From NCBI RefSeq assembly GCF_009914755.1, contig NC_060935.1: a stretch of 64,000 nucleotides of DNA. One strand, 5' to 3'. Of this stretch, positions 42,911 to 60,525 are shown piece after piece. The notes under the pieces are model-generated. The model had not been told where the DNA came from. It was given only the letters and a program-made list of their open reading frames with translations, and ran no database searches. The translations under genes and the position numbers were made by a program. The DNA comes from the human T2T-CHM13v2.0 reference genome, Homo sapiens. Position 1 is the first letter of the stretch. Every line of letters starts with the position of its first letter.

Positions 42911-44758
42911 GGTGGGTTGAACTACTTATGGGGTAAGGTTTTTGCTAACCTCATCAAACGTAGTGCCCAACCCATTTCTCCCTGACTTCTCACCACTTTC
43001 ACTCAGTCAGTTATTTATTCAGATTTATTAAGGGCCTACTACATTCCTGGCACTGTGATAGAAATGCTGAGCCAAAAAAGACATCACCTTCAAGGAGCTC
43101 ATGCCACTGAGAGGATAGGAAAGTAAATCAGAAGCTACAGTCTAGTGGATAAATGATGGAAAAGGGAAACCAGAGGGAAGGTCCCCTAAGCCACACTAGA
43201 GTCTGTGAACCCTGGTTTTCTTGTCCTTTAGCTTTATTTCTGATTATACTTCCATAAGCCCTCAGAGCCAGAAAGGACATTAGAGAATGTCTAGCCCAGG
43301 ATTCCCAGCCTTGACTCCATGAAGGAGGATGGGGAAGAGGATGGAAGGTAGTCTGCAAGCCCACAGAATCCAAGTCTCATTTTGTATGTCTCCACTGTTT
43401 TATGGGAAGCAGGGCCATGGCTTTTATTTGATTCTCAAAGAATAATTATCCACTTATATTTAAGAACCACTGATTTTTTGTGTGTTTAACCTCTTCATTG
43501 TGCAGATGAAGAAACTGAGGTCCAAAACCATTACATTATTTCTTTCAATACTCAAATGACTTCTGCAAGGTCACACAGCCCTCTATTGGTGGGGCATTGA
43601 GAAATGGTTTTAAACTGTACTATGAATGAAAGGAAATCGTACCACTGCACAGGCTTATATGTTTGGAGTAGTGTTGGTTAAGAGCACACACCAGAGAGCA
43701 CTAGGTTGAAATACTTAGCTGTGTGATTTGAAGTAATTAACTTCTTTGAGCCTCAGTTTCCTCATGTATAAACAGAGATAATGATATTCATTTCTTGAGT
43801 TCTTAATAAAAAATAAAATAATTCATGTAAGTTGTTCCTTGCTGTGCCTGTACAAAATAAACACTCAATGTATGGTAGCTGTTAAGTACAATTCAGAGGT
43901 TGGGACATATTCACATTTATTATCTCATTTTATCCTCACTGTGATCCTTACTGTGTTATTCTCACTTTACAGATGAGGAAAATAAGACTTATTGATAGCT
44001 GGTAAATGGTAGCAATGACTCAAACCCAGATCTACAATTCATAAGTTTCGTGTACTTTGCTCTTTGTTGCTTGGCATGGTTTTCCAGATTGTCCTTTATA
44101 GGGATGCAGACAATACAATGCACCAATTTAGAGCACAGTTTTAGATTCAAAGTTGATTGGGTTTGAGTCCTAAGTTACTCCATTTATCAGCTACGTGACT
44201 CAGGGCAAATGACTTAACCTCTGTGAGCCTCGTTTCCTCATTGGCAAGATGGGAGGCATTAAATGCACAATAAACTGATGAGATATGTAAAGATTAAATA
44301 AAATGTGTCATGTAAAGCCCCTGACATTTGGGAAGTACTCAGTAAGTGTTAGCTCCCATCATTAGTACCTGCCTCCTAGAGTGGTGTGGGGATTCAATGA
44401 GATAGTGTATGTCATGCACTTTTGACGGTGCCTAGCATTAGAGTAGGTACTCAATAAGTATCTCGAATAAATGAGTGAGTGAACAGACCTGTTGTAAGCC
44501 TTTCATCAAAGAATTGCTCCCTCTCCCTTTCACAATCTCAATGCCATTTTTGTAACGGATTCTCTGAGTTCCTTTGCTTTACTTTCTGTTTCTTTCCACA
44601 GCCAAACAAAGCCTTTCTCTTTTTACCCCAGAACTCTTCGGTCTCCCTCTGAGGCTCCCAGTTCTGAAGGGCTAGTCCCTCTCTCTATCCATCACAAAAG
44701 ATTGTCCCTCTCTCTCAGCCTTAACAAAGATTGCCCCTTTCTTTTCTACAAGCTCTCA

Positions 44759-45004
<246 letters not shown>

Positions 45005-45148
45005 CTAGAGAGGGGAAATGGCAAAAGGTCTTCTTACTCAGCACCCAGGCAAGGAGGCCAAGATGGTGGGAGCGGAAGTGAAACACCAGCAAACCCAACT
45101 GTCCTGTCTGCAGCTCTGTCACTTGCTTTCCCCTTCAACGGCCTCTCA

Positions 45149-45481
<333 letters not shown>

Positions 45482-46451
45482 TTAACAGGGGATGTAGTAT
45501 TGTGAGAACTTCTGCTGACACTTCCAAAATAAATATCTGAGTAGGACTTAAAGTAAAGTGAAACTGAGATGCCCCATCTCCCAAACTTACTTCACCCAGA
45601 ATCTACATACTCCTACCTGTATGCAGCCTGGACCCTCCCATTCCATGTGACAACTAAACTACCACACAGCAAGCCTTCGCAGTGCTTTTACTTTCTCCAC
45701 AGCATGATAGCCTCGCCTCGTGGTACTGACTTCAAAACTGTTATAACAAACTACAAACATCCGCAAATAGAATTGAAAGCATAAACAAAAAATTAAAATG
45801 AATCATAACATTGATTAGACATTACATTATGTATTAAGGTTAAGCATTATGTGTTGTATGTAAAGTGGTCTCCTAGCAGGTAAGTTTTCCAGATGGGTCC
45901 TTAGGTGGATTTCATACTGTTACTAGTCTATTGCAGAAACTGAATTAATCAACTCCAGACAGCTTATGTTTGCCTGCACCCCTAGAACCTTTGTACCACG
46001 TGGCATTTTTTTAAACTTGATATTTACATTTAGAATGTGTGTGTTGGGGCACTTTCAAAATCACAGTAGGTCTCTCTCTAACAATCTCCACTTTCCTGGT
46101 GTTGCTGAGAGTCACAGACAAGACCCACACACAGAAATCCAAATGCCAAGTCCTGCCAGCAGTGGGAGGTTGAGAACAGCCACACACAAAAAAATGGCAT
46201 GTAACCTGAGATTAGAAAGCCCTCTCTGTGCCTGAATTACTGGCAGCTGAACACACCTAAACCTGTTTGTCCGAGAGCAGTTCTCCAAAAACAGTCCACC
46301 AACTTTGGTTTCAGTAAAACCCAAAGTAAAACAAACTGTATCTGTGGCTCAGGCTCCCAAACAAAAGTCTTGCAACTTCTAAGACAATTAGCTAACTTTA
46401 TAGAGTGAGCAGTGAAGGAGGAAACGCTGAGAGAAGCCCGCCGGCTCTTAC

Positions 46452-46509
46452 CTGTGAGCTGTATGCCAAGGAGAAGAAGCACCGCACGAGTAGAGCTCTT
46501 GCCATACAT
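46452..46509 (-). CDS. MPZL2: MPZL2 (EVA1) exon 1 coding part (MYGKSSTRAVLLLLGIQLT)
   Basis: ATG at 46509-46507; donor GTAAGA at 46446-46451; 58 nt, phase 1. Confidence 0.96.
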
Positions 46510-46599
46510 GAGGGAAACCCAGCCTTGGCCCCAGAGACCGGACGGGGCAGACCGAGGGCTCCAACACCCTGCCAAGGCCACTCCGGGAGGAGCAAGCAC

Positions 46600-46800
46600 C
46601 GCGTTTTCCCAGAGAGAGGAGTTTGAGTTGAGTTCCTCACCTGTGCCTGTGACTCAGCCCGCTCTGCCTGTGCACTTTTCTGAAATGAAAGGTGGGGCCT
46701 CAGCTCCCAATGCCCTCCTTCCTTTCCTCTCTCCCGCCCTCTACACGAACGAGCATGAGCACGTCTGCACAAAGGTCCCAAACTCCCGCAGTCCTCTCTT
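46600..46800 (-). promoter_or_regulatory. MPZL2: MPZL2 proximal promoter
   Basis: AP-1 tgactca (46650-46656); E-box cacctg (46638-46643); KLF/SP-like ggtggggc (46691-46698). Confidence 0.6.
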
Positions 46801-49800
46801 TACTTTCAGTTAATCTGACTGGGCTCTGGCCTCTAGATGGCCTCGGAAACAGCCAGAGGAGGTGGTGCCAGTCTGAAATGTCCCAGACTGTTATGGGTTT
46901 GGCCCCCACACGCCCTTTTAAAACAGGCTTTAGGCTTGCCTGGGAAGTGAATGTTGAAACTGTCCTGCAGTGATTCCACTTCTCAAAGCACCACCCCAGG
47001 GCCACATTCACTTGGGACTGGATTCGATACAATTTCAAAACGGGAGTCGGAATTCCTTAGGACCCTCTGTGGACAAAAAGCTGATACCCTTGTTACCACA
47101 AGGATTCCTGCACTTCTTCTAGTTTGTAGCTTTCCAGGAGACCTGGCAGAAACAACAAATCAAATCTCCATGCTTAACAATCCTTTACCTTTGAAGACTT
47201 TAAAAACAAATGAGGACACCATCCCTGCTCATTCACCCTGCCATCCGAGTGCAATCTACAAAGTGCTCTCCTGCTGATTGTTTCATCTCCATTAACGCCC
47301 TTGTGAAGCATTCCCATTCTACCAGTGAGGACGCTAAGAACCCGAGGAAGGTAAATGATTTGCCCAAGGTTGCACAGCTACCATGCGGCAAAACCAGAAC
47401 TTTTCTTAAAAATCTAGCGTTCTTTCCACCAAATAACAGCTAATATGAACAATCAGACATGGGGCTCTCAAGGAAAAGGTTTTCATGATAACTTTGTTGT
47501 GCCTCGGATTTCATCTGTCATTTTTTGAATAGCTAAATGACTGAGAAGTCTAAAGAGCTGAGGAATCTAAACGAGAAAAGATGCCTCCTTGTCTGGAAAG
47601 AGGGTGGGTCATCTTTACAGATTAATGAAGCGGCACAGAAACATCGGTAGGAGGGGGATGAAGATTACACATGCAGTTAAGAAGTAGGCTGGGCTGGGAA
47701 TCTAACCCTGAAAAAAGACAGATTGCGTTTATCCCTGGATTAGCAGTCTAGAAACTCTTCAGTCACTCATAAAATCTTCTAGCTGAATCCAGAGCAGAAA
47801 GGGTGGCAGGAACAAGAGAAGGCGGCAGGCTGAGTAGAAAAAAATAAAACATCATAAAGAGGGAAGAAAAGAGAAAATTCTACCAAAAGAGAGGAGAATG
47901 CAGAAGTGCAGAAAACAGAAAGCAACAGGAGAAAGATGACATGGGCATGGAGCAAAAACAGGTAGACAACCACAAAAATCCATTGTGTTGGAACTCAGAA
48001 AGCAGAGGTGGCCCCAAATGCAGACCAGCTGTGTGCTAGTGAAAATCTGTTGCATGGTGAGAGTTTCTGAAAACTGTGTGGCGTCTTTGTCAGATTCTAG
48101 TTCAGAAAGGGACCTAAAATCAGTCTGCTGGGGGAACCTTTCAGATGTTGGTGAGGAAGGATAAGATACAGCCTTTCTGGTATGTAGGTCAGAAGAGTTC
48201 AGCTCCAGGACCCTGAAAGAAAAAGAGTTAAGGAAACTTGATCTTGGTTGGCTTCCAACTTTGCAGGGAAATACAGCTACAGAGGAAGGAGAGGTAGAGC
48301 CAGGATTTTGAAGTCTACAGCAAATTGCAAAAACTGGTGAGAGGTAGAGTTACCAAAGAGCTCAGGGATGCAGTGAAAAGCAACATGAGAAGAATCAGGG
48401 CAGGAAGAACTGAACAAACTGCCTGTTGTCAGGAGCAGAAATCCCTCCCCCAGGTAGCCAAACACCCATGAGCTGGCTGCCAGCCTTGCTCTGAGGGGCA
48501 GGAGTTATCCAAATCCCACTTCTCAGCTGAGTTCAAGTTCCTGGCTTAGTGCCTGGCAACGCCCAGTTCCTTCCAGTTAGCAGGAGTGGCTCCACAGTCA
48601 ACCACTTCACCTCACTGGGCAAGGAAGAGGCCAAGGGTAGAAGGTTAAGAAGAGAAAATGCTAAATAAAAAGGATGTTTGCCCCTCACAGTTTTCTGGAC
48701 ACCAGTCAGCAGGACTTAGACCAAAACTGCAGGCATCTACATAAGGCCTAAGTTATGTTTGTGCCCAGGCAAATGGAAGGAAAGGAAGAGGAGTTCTGGA
48801 AATTGAAAAGAAGAAAAGTAAAGTTTTCAGAGACACCATTTTCTTTCTAAACTTTTCCAGAGAAAGATCCTGATTGTCATTTAAAATTGTGACATACCAA
48901 TAGTTTTTGAAAGAATCTCATCTGTCCCATCCATCTACACATTTCCCAAAAAATGATTTCTAGTGAGTATCTAGACCTTAGCCAGCAGGAGACTCACTGG
49001 GGGCTCAGGAGACAGAAGGGACAATGGGCCTGTATCAATATTTGTAAAAGTTGTCTTTCTCAACCTCCTAGGCAAAAATCTTTTTTTCACCTAAGGTGAA
49101 ATTAGCATTCTGTGAAGCAAGGAAAACAAATAATTTAGCTCTTAGGGTCATCAAATAAAGCATTCGTTTACTCAAAAGTGTCTGTTCATATGTTTTTACT
49201 GGAAAAAATTCAGACATACATAGAATATTTCTACCTGGGAGGAAATAATATAAGATAGGAAGGTGAAGTAAACAAATAATTATCACTTTCTTGATTTTTA
49301 AATTCAACCCTTAAAGGATGAATAGGAATTCTGGAAAGAGGATAAACAAAGTCCTTCCCATTGGAACAAATGGGTGGGAATGTGGTACCCACAGGGACTA
49401 GCATGCAATTCCTCAAACCTGGAGCACAGGGAGGAGTGGCAGGCCAGGTGAGAGGCTAGGTCCACCTGGGCAGTGCCCTCATCCACCATCCTAAGGAGTG
49501 TGGACTTGATCCTAACAAATATACCCATTGGGGATGGCTAATATGTGACCCGAGAAGAGCATCCCTAGAAGTAGAATTACTTTGGTATTTCCCAGAACCA
49601 TTAAAAACAAGAAGGAAAGTCTTGGGACACCAACGACCACTTACTCTCCTGGCTTTCGTTTGGGCTCCTGGCTTATGAGCCAGAATGAAAGTGTAGACCT
49701 AACATCTGTTTTCCAAAGACTCAGGGACTCCCAGCCTTCCCCAACCAACAACTCCAATCTCTAGCATCCTTTGTCAAAACTTCCCCGGGTTAAGGGAGCT

Positions 49801-50719
49801 TTTCAAAGATGAGAGAGGGAGGCTAGGCTGTCAAGAGTCCTAGATGAGAGGTGGGCTCTTAGCCCAAAGGAATAGTTGTGTTCCCTGTGGCCCTCCTTCT
49901 TGCCTGAAGTTTCCTAGAGATATTCCAAAACAGGTCTGGGCCTGAAACTGAGCCTCTATGAGTTTAGAAAAATCGTGGGAGGGAACGCTTTCCTGCCCCA
50001 CCTCATTACAGCTGATATGCACCTCTCCAATAAGCCTCAGGCTCCTCTGGTAATTATAGAGGACAGGCACCATGCCCTTATTAACCAGCCCAAAGAAGAG
50101 ACTCTGAAGTGGTTTAACGCTTCACTTATTCTCAAGGGAAGCTACATAGATTGTGCAGGGCTAGAGAGATGGGGCATTTTTGAAGATAACTTTAAGGAAC
50201 CTCTCGGGAGGATAAAGGGATCTTGATAAATGAATTTATCTACCTCCCTGTTAACCATACACACCACATCTAAATGGTGGTAAGAATTTACATTATACTG
50301 TGTTTATTGATGAACACTGCATCTTTTATTATTGTTCCAGTTATCTCTTGTTAAAATTGGTTACCATGACCAATTTTTTATTCTTAGGGAGTTAATTAAT
50401 TTCCTGAGAAAAGAAATAGCCACTTTTTTTTTTTTTTTTTTTTTTTTTTTGCTACTATATTCTAGGAGGCATGAGGTATAGGAGCTAGAGTTCAACCTGC
50501 CTAGATCCAGATCCAAGCTCAGCTGCTTACTAGCTATGTGACCTTGGGCAGTTATTTAACTCTCTGTGCTTCAGTTATCTCACATGTAAAATGGGAACAG
50601 TAACATTTACCCCATAGTCTGGATGTAAGAATCAAGTGACATACATTAACTAAAGCTCTATGCTCAGCACCCACACAAAACATTCAGTAAATTTTAGTTG
50701 TTTGTGGCTATACTTAGTT

Positions 50720-51590
50720 AAGATGTTTGGGAAAAGGGCTGGCAGTTTCTTATGAAGCTAAACACTCAGCCACCCTGGCAATTCCACTCCAAGATGAATG
50801 AAATTATATATACAGAAAGATATTTGTAGGAGAATAATCATGGAAGCTTTATTCATAATAGCCCAAAACTGGAACAGCCCAGGGATCCATCAACAGAAAA
50901 ATGGATCCTCTGTAGAATATTCATATCGTGAATCCTACTCAGCAATTAAAAGGAACAAATCACTGATACATATCACCACGATGAACCTCAAAAGTAAGTT
51001 GAACAAATTAGCCAGACACAAACAGTATAAACTCTTTGATTCCATCTATATGAAGTTCTAGAACAGGCAAAACTACCTTGTCATGAAAAAAGTATAAAAG
51101 TAGTGTTTGCCCCTGGGGGATTGGGGGCAGGGATTGACTGGAGGGGCATGAGAGAACTTTCTAGAGTGATATTAATGTTCTTCATCTTGACAAGGGTTTG
51201 AGTTACCGCTTGCCAAAACCCTTTGAATGGTGTACTTTTAAGACTTGTACATTTAATTGAATGTAAGTTTTACTTCAGTAATTTTTTTAAAAGAATTGTA
51301 AACAAATTCTAAACTCTCATTAATGCTGAAGTATTTACGGGGAAGCATCCTGATGTCTGCAATTTAATTTAAAAATGCATCAAAAATAAGATGCATTGAT
51401 AAATGGATGGATGGAAGGAAGGAAGAATGGGTGGGTGGGTGGATGGATGGATGGATGGATGGATAGATATGTGATCAAGTATAGTAAAATGTCAATTGAA
51501 GAACCTAGGTGGGATACACAGGTATTTACTGTATAATTCTTTAAACTTTTCTACATGTTAGAAATTTTTCATAATGAAATGTTAAGGGGA
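50720..51590 (+). mobile_element. Old L1 (L1ME-like) 3' region with a (GGAT)n tract at ~51404-51466
   Basis: ttattcataatagcccaaaactggaa...gattccatctatatgaagttctagaacaggcaaaact. Confidence 0.75.
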
Positions 51591-52574
51591 AATTTGCTCC
51601 CACATTCACCAAGTTTCTTCAGCATTAAGTAAATGACAACACAAATTCAGTAATAAAGCGTTGGAGGTTCATTACATTATATCATTCTAATTTAGACATA
51701 CCTTAGAATACTGGTAGATTTTAACAAATAAAAATTACCATTAATAATTTTAAATTACTATTTATCAAGTGCCTACCATGTACCCAGCACTGTGGTAGGC
51801 ATATTACATATATTAGTTCTGATCTCCGTAACTGCAAGATGATACATAGATATCTCCATTTTATAGATAAGGAATTGAGACTCAGAGAGATTGATTCATT
51901 CTAATACCTGTTGAGCCCTGTTGCTAGAAATTGTGCTAGATGCCAAACAAGACATTAGTGTGTGCCCTCAAGTTGCTAACTATATCTTAGGAAACACAGT
52001 CAAATAAGTAGACAGTTACAATGCAATGTGACAAATGAGTTGTGATCAGAGAAACACGGAAGCCAGGGTCCTTCAGCCAGCCTTGGAGGCCTTGGGAAGG
52101 CTTCCCAAAACAGGAACCATCCAGTGTAGCTGGCTAGCAGCTACAGGCTCTAGGGTGAGAGAAACATGGGTGTGAATCAAAGGTCTACATCATTTATTCA
52201 TTCATTCATTTAAGAAACACGTTTTGGGTACCTATGACACGCCAGGCATTTTCCTGGGCACACAAGGAATAAAGTAGTGAACAAAGGGACAAGGGGTGGT
52301 CAGGGAAGACCTCTCTGATAAGATGAAACTTAAGAAACATCTGAATGAAGTGAGGTAGTGAACCACGTGGATCAGGAGGAAGGACATTCCGGGCAGAGGA
52401 AACAGTACAGGGCCTGAGGCTCCCAGGAGAATGTGTGGAGTATTTGAAGAAAAACAAGGAGACCAGTGTGGCTGGAGCAGAGTGAAGGGGCAGTGGCGAG
52501 GGGCTAAGCATGGAGGGGTACAAGGCAGACCAGACCACCAGGGGTACAGGGCAGCATTAAAGGGTTATGAAAGA

Positions 52575-53565
52575 CAATCTCTGGAAAGGGAGAAAATATT
52601 TCATATTTGCAAATCACATTTCTGCTAAAGGATTAATATTCAGAATACATAAAGAATTCCTGCAACTCAATAACAACAACAGCAACCAAACAACCCCATT
52701 AAAAAATGGGCAAAGGACTGGAATAGACATTTCTTCAAAAAGATATAAAATGGCCAGTAGGCACAGGAGAAAATACTGAACATCACTAGACATTAGGAAA
52801 ATATAAATCAAAACCTCAATCCATTAGGATGCTATTATCACATCCACTAGGATAACTATTACCAAAAAAAAGAGAAAGAAAATAAGTGTTGGCAAGAATG
52901 TGGAGAAATTGGAATCTTTGTGTGTTGCTGGTGGGAATATAAAAGAGTGCAGTCACTGTGAAAAATAGTATTACAGTTCCTAAAAAATTAAACATAGAAT
53001 TACCATATGACCCAGAATTCCACTTCTGGCATGTACCCAAAAGAATTAAAAGTAAGTACTCAAACAGATAGTTGGACACCGACGTTCAAAGCAGCATTAA
53101 TCACAATAGCCAAAAGATGAAAATAACTCAAATGTCCATCAAAGTAAGAATGGATAGGCAAAATGTGACATATACATACAATGCAATATTTTCAGCCTTA
53201 CAAAGAATAAAATTTTGACACATATTTCAACATGGATGAATTCTGAAGGCATTATGCTAAGTGAAATAAGCCAGTCACAAAAGGACAGATACTGAATGAT
53301 TCTACTTATATGGGAGCATCAAGAATAGTCAAACCCATAGAGACAGAAAGTAGAATGGTGGTCGCCAGGGGCTGGGGGAAGAGGGGAATGGGGAGTTATT
53401 GTTTGATGGGTACAGAGTTTCCATTTGGGGAGATGTAAAAGCTCTGGAGATAGACGGTAATAATGGTTGCACAAGAATGTGAACGGACTTAATGCCACTG
53501 AACTGTACACTTAAAAGTAGTTAAAATGGTAAATTTTTTGTTATGTATTTTTGCTACAACACAAA
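52575..53565 (+). mobile_element. L1MB-like 3' region
   Basis: Classic L1 3' motifs ending aatggtaaattt...tatgtattt. Confidence 0.88.
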
Positions 53566-54469
53566 AGAAAAAGAAAGGTTATGAAATGAAAAGTAAAATT
53601 ATCTGACTCACGTTTAAAATGATCACTCTGACTGCCGTGTGGGTATCTGGATTTCAGTCTCTTCAACCATTCAATGAGGATAATGAGGCCTTCCTCATGG
53701 GGCGGTTGTGAGGATTGAATAAGATAGTGCAAATAAATCACTTAGCACATAATGGCACTCAATTAACATTATCTATTATTGCAATTACTATTATAATTCT
53801 TCAATTCTGAAGATACATACAAGGTGGGCAATGGGAGGTGGCATTTGAGAGGTGAGCCCAGGTAGGGGCAAAAGTAGGTACAAAGCCCAAGAAAGAAGAG
53901 AAAACATGGCCTTTTTGGCAATTAAAAAACTTGAGTGTGAGTGGAGAGAAAAGGGCAAAAAGAAAAGTGAATGACCCTCAGAGATGAGGCTGAAAATCTA
54001 ATCAGGGGCCAGACCCAAGAGGCCCTTGATAAGAGTTAAGGAGTTAGGGCTTTATCCTGAGGGCAATGAGGAAACACTGAAACTGTTTAAGCAGTAAGTG
54101 ATTTGATCAGATTTGGGAATTTGACAGATCGCTCAGTTACAGTATGGAGAAAGGCACTGGAGAGGAATAAGGCCAAGCAAGAGGCTTCCAGGAACCCAGG
54201 CAAGAGATTATTTGACCTGAGCTGAAATGGTGGCAGAGGGAATTGAGAGAAGTTAAGAGTTTGAGAGCTATCAAGGAGATGGAAAGGAAGGGGATTGGTA
54301 CATGATTAAAAGTGGACAGAAGGGATATTAAGTATTGGAGGATAATTCTCAAATTTCGAACCTAGGTAACTGGGTGGAAGGTGACTGCCTTTCTCTCAAA
54401 CAGAGAAGATGAAGACTTGCTGCATTTGATATTTCTATGGGACAGCCAAGCAGAGAGTTTAGTACAGCA

Positions 54470-55779
<1,310 letters not shown>

Positions 55780-56081
55780 GTAGTACCCAACACAGATCTG
55801 AGCTCTACAGAGAGTTCTGGACTGGAGATGCCAGTCTGACGTCTTTCGCCTTTCTAGAAGGTAACTGTGAGAGTGGGAATAGATGAGATGGTCCGAGACC
55901 ACAGTAGAGTGGGAAAGGACAGAATCTAGAGGTTGAACAATACCTAAGGGACAAGGGGAAGAGGAGATGTCTAAAGTCACTGAATAAGAGTGTCCAGACG
56001 AAAGGGAAAGAGGAGAATTACCAGGAGAGAGTGGTCATAGAAGCCAAGGGAGAGAGGTATTTAAATAATGAACGAATATTG

Positions 56082-56367
<286 letters not shown>

Positions 56368-56944
56368 AGCAAATACACAAAATATCAAATGCTGCTAAAG
56401 TCAAATAAAACAAGGACTGAAAATGTCTAGAAGATTCCCCAGGTGGTGATTTTGGTGGAAGCAGTTTCATCAGAAAAGTTATGAAGCAGAGCCCATTTTG
56501 CAGTAGATTGAGGAATCATGGTAGACTAGGATGTAGTTTACTCTTCAAAGGACAGAGCTTATAAAGAGGGCAGAGACAGAGGCAGCTGGAAAGAAATAGG
56601 AATAGAAAGAAGTTTTCAGATCTTGATTTATTTGTTGGTTTTAAGGGAAAGACTTTAGCATGTTAAAATGCTTTTAGGACTGAGGCCAAAGACAGGAGGA
56701 AGTGTACCTCTTGCATTGTTAAGAAGAGGTAAAGAATGTTCTGGCTGCTTAAATCAGCCCTGGCTCATACCTCTTATTCCACTGTAATGATTAACTGTAC
56801 GCCTTTTACGCTGTGGTGTTACAGTTTGGAAGAAAATTTATATAGTCCATCTACATAAAGGGGAGCCCCCAGATGGGGCACAGGTACAGTTAACTTTGAA
56901 GGTAAAAGGGTTGGGACAGAAAGTTGAAGGAGTTTTTGATCTGG

Positions 56945-56945
<1 letters not shown>

Positions 56946-56984
<39 letters not shown>
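56946..56984. repeat. (TG)n microsatellite
   Basis: Visible directly. Confidence 0.95.
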
Positions 56985-56986
<2 letters not shown>

Positions 56987-57870
56987 TTTTATAGTTTTTT
57001 CTCCCCTGTAAGGGAGTTATCATCTAGTGGTCTCTACTTTCCTTGTGTAGTAGAGAAGGAAAGTCACTGTCCTAGAGTAGAGGAGATGGAGAGGCAGAAG
57101 TCTTGAAGACAGAGGTGACCCAACGGTTTTTTGACAGGAATAAGAGAGGAAATTGGCCTAAGGCTGAGACTTAAAGAGATCAAGTAGTATAACCAAGGTC
57201 ACCAGGCTAGTGATATAGTCAGACTCACAACAAGACCTGCCTAACTCACAGGTCAACTCCAGAGACAACTTCAACTCCTCCTTCAACATCAGTCTCCCTT
57301 CCTCATTAGAATCTACCAAACATGTCAACAGTCAACTCTCAGTTGTATGTACCAACCACTCTTTGACCAGTAGTGCCTTCCTTCCCTCCCCAGAACTGCA
57401 CCTCCACCATTCTGGAAGACTTTTGAAGCAAAAGCAAATGAAATAAACAGTAGGCATCCTTTTCTCAGCATCTCTCCTGAAAGAAAAAGTCGAAGGGAAA
57501 ATACTTGGAATTTTTGCCTACAATGAGGTTAGGACTGTGCAAAATCTCATTTTGTTCCGTTTGCCTCCTATTACTTTAAAAAAAATAGTTTTGAGCAACT
57601 ACCAAGTGTCAGGCACCATCCTCAGGAATTCAAGGGTGAAAATGATAAGATCTTAGCCCTCAAGGAGCTCTCAGGTTAAAGAAAAAGAAAATTAGTCACA
57701 ATACAGGGTGACGTCAATAATAAAGGAAATGCCAAGTTCAAATGATAGCACAGGAAGAACAAGCTCTGCCTGGAAGCATGAGGGAAGCTGTCTCTGAAAA
57801 GGCTAACCATACATGGCATCCTTTAGCCAAGACCAGTTGACAAAAGAACAGGGGGGCTGGGTTAGGGTGA

Positions 57871-58245
<375 letters not shown>

Positions 58246-60235
58246 CAATAATTTTCTTTTAATATCTTTACATCTCACAACAACCTTAGAAAGTACTTTA
58301 TTAATCTCCTCATTTTGCAGATGAGGGAAATGACACTAGGACATTTAGTAACTTACCCAAGCTTACATAGCTGGGAAGTAGTACAACTGGGCTTTAATTC
58401 CAAACTCCATGATCCTTCCTCCACAAAACAAGCTTAAGACAGAAGAGGCAGAGCAGCAGGAAAGGAGCTGTCAAAGGTGAGAGTCTTTTGTCTCCAGTTT
58501 GGTCCAAGGGTTTTTCATTGAAGTCTGATGATGTCAGGGAAATTCTAAGAAGTGATGGGAATTTTAAATAAGTGTGAAAGAGAAAGGCAACAGAGATTTG
58601 TCAGTAATGCTAAAGAGGTTTTACCTTTTTCATTATCAATGGGTTTTGTACACATATAAGGATTTAAGCATAGGTATGCAAAAGTGGTTGCATGGAGCAC
58701 TCACTGAATCAGAACAGGAAGAGGGGTAGAGGAAAATCTGAAGGTTAGGTGGATTCTCCACAAGAGGTACACTGTCCCAGGCAGAGTGGAAAAAGGCTCC
58801 ACCTTTTCCAACACCATTAAACATTTTGATCCATCAATACCACTGAGACAGTGAGCTTACGTTTGAAAACAGACATAAGCTTTTTTGGAGGAAAGCTGAT
58901 CTTGCAAGTAGCCTACTTGAATAACAGCAGTGGAAGCTTAGAAGCTCATGGCAAGAACTGACTTGTAATCCCCACCAGTAATTCTTGTTTTCCCTGGCCT
59001 CAGCCTCAGCAACTTTCTGTCCAGGGTCCTTGACTTACTGTAACTCCACCTCTTGTTCTTTGCTCTTTTCACAAGCCATCTCAGCCATCTCAGGGGAGAA
59101 AAGGGGGCAGCAGACACATTTTGTTTGAGATAATGTAAGCAGGGAGAAGTATAGAATCAATAACTCAAGCAATGGGAAGAGTTTGCCTGCTTAAAACTCA
59201 AAATTGCAAGAAGCCGTGGAGACCTATTACACTAACATCTAGATTGGCATCTGGACAGACACCACTCCTCAAGATATTAGTAGGTACTGAACAACAGAAA
59301 AGATTCTGTACACAAGGGAAAATGCTAGATTAAACTAATGAAACAGAATTTTGTTTTGGTTTGGTTTTAGCTACAGTACTCCTCAGGGCTTTCAATATGC
59401 TAACATGGGACCAGGTTTTTTATACCTTACCTAGTCATCTTTCCAGAACTTTCTGTTCACTGAAAAAAATTGGGACAATGCATCTCAAAGTGTGGCCTGC
59501 AGACTACCTGGAAACTGTCACTGGTCCTTAAGGAGATAAATACAAAACCTGAGAGTAAGTATTTAAAGTTATTACAAGTAATTTGACATTGCCTCAACAT
59601 CCAAGGCTGTGATCAGAGGACTCACTGGACAGGTTATAGAACAGTGCAGGGGTTGCAAATTGTATGGCAGGAGGCATCATCATAGATCTGCCAAATGCTG
59701 AAAAGCAGCAAAGGTGCTGAGTTAGCTAAGGTATTTCAGCCTTTCTACCTTCCCCTCCATTTCCCATTGAGGCCTGAAGCTTCAAGAGAACAAGCAGGTT
59801 GGACTTGTCAGAGTTGAGAAGCCTTTCTGAGTAGAAAGGGCAGCCAGCTGCTTGTCCAGGCAAACAGGATGTGAGTCTTCTCAGGTGAGTCAGAGCTAAA
59901 GAGGAAAGCCTTTCCTGCCTAGCTCAGTGAGGGGGTCCACCCTTAGCTTTGGAAAGGGGAAAACTCAGGGAAAAGTCCCAGCAACATCGCTCTTTTCTTG
60001 CAGTTTGTTCCAATGTTATATGCTGTCTTGAGTGTCAATATCTGCTGAGCTACATTAGCAATAACCAAGAGGAAAAGAAGCTTTTAAAGCCAAAGAAAAA
60101 TTGTCATTTAAAGTTGTCACCTTGGGGACAAGCTTTTATTCTAATGATGCTGACGTTATTCCAGATATTTCTAGAACATTTTTAGAATTGCCTTAGGAGT
60201 TTGAATCATAACATTTTTCGATTTAAAAAAAAAAA

Positions 60236-60525
<290 letters not shown>

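Noticed and set aside
57709-57716. Isolated CRE palindrome tgacgtca
   Set aside because: Single 8-mer inside an L2 relic with no promoter context.
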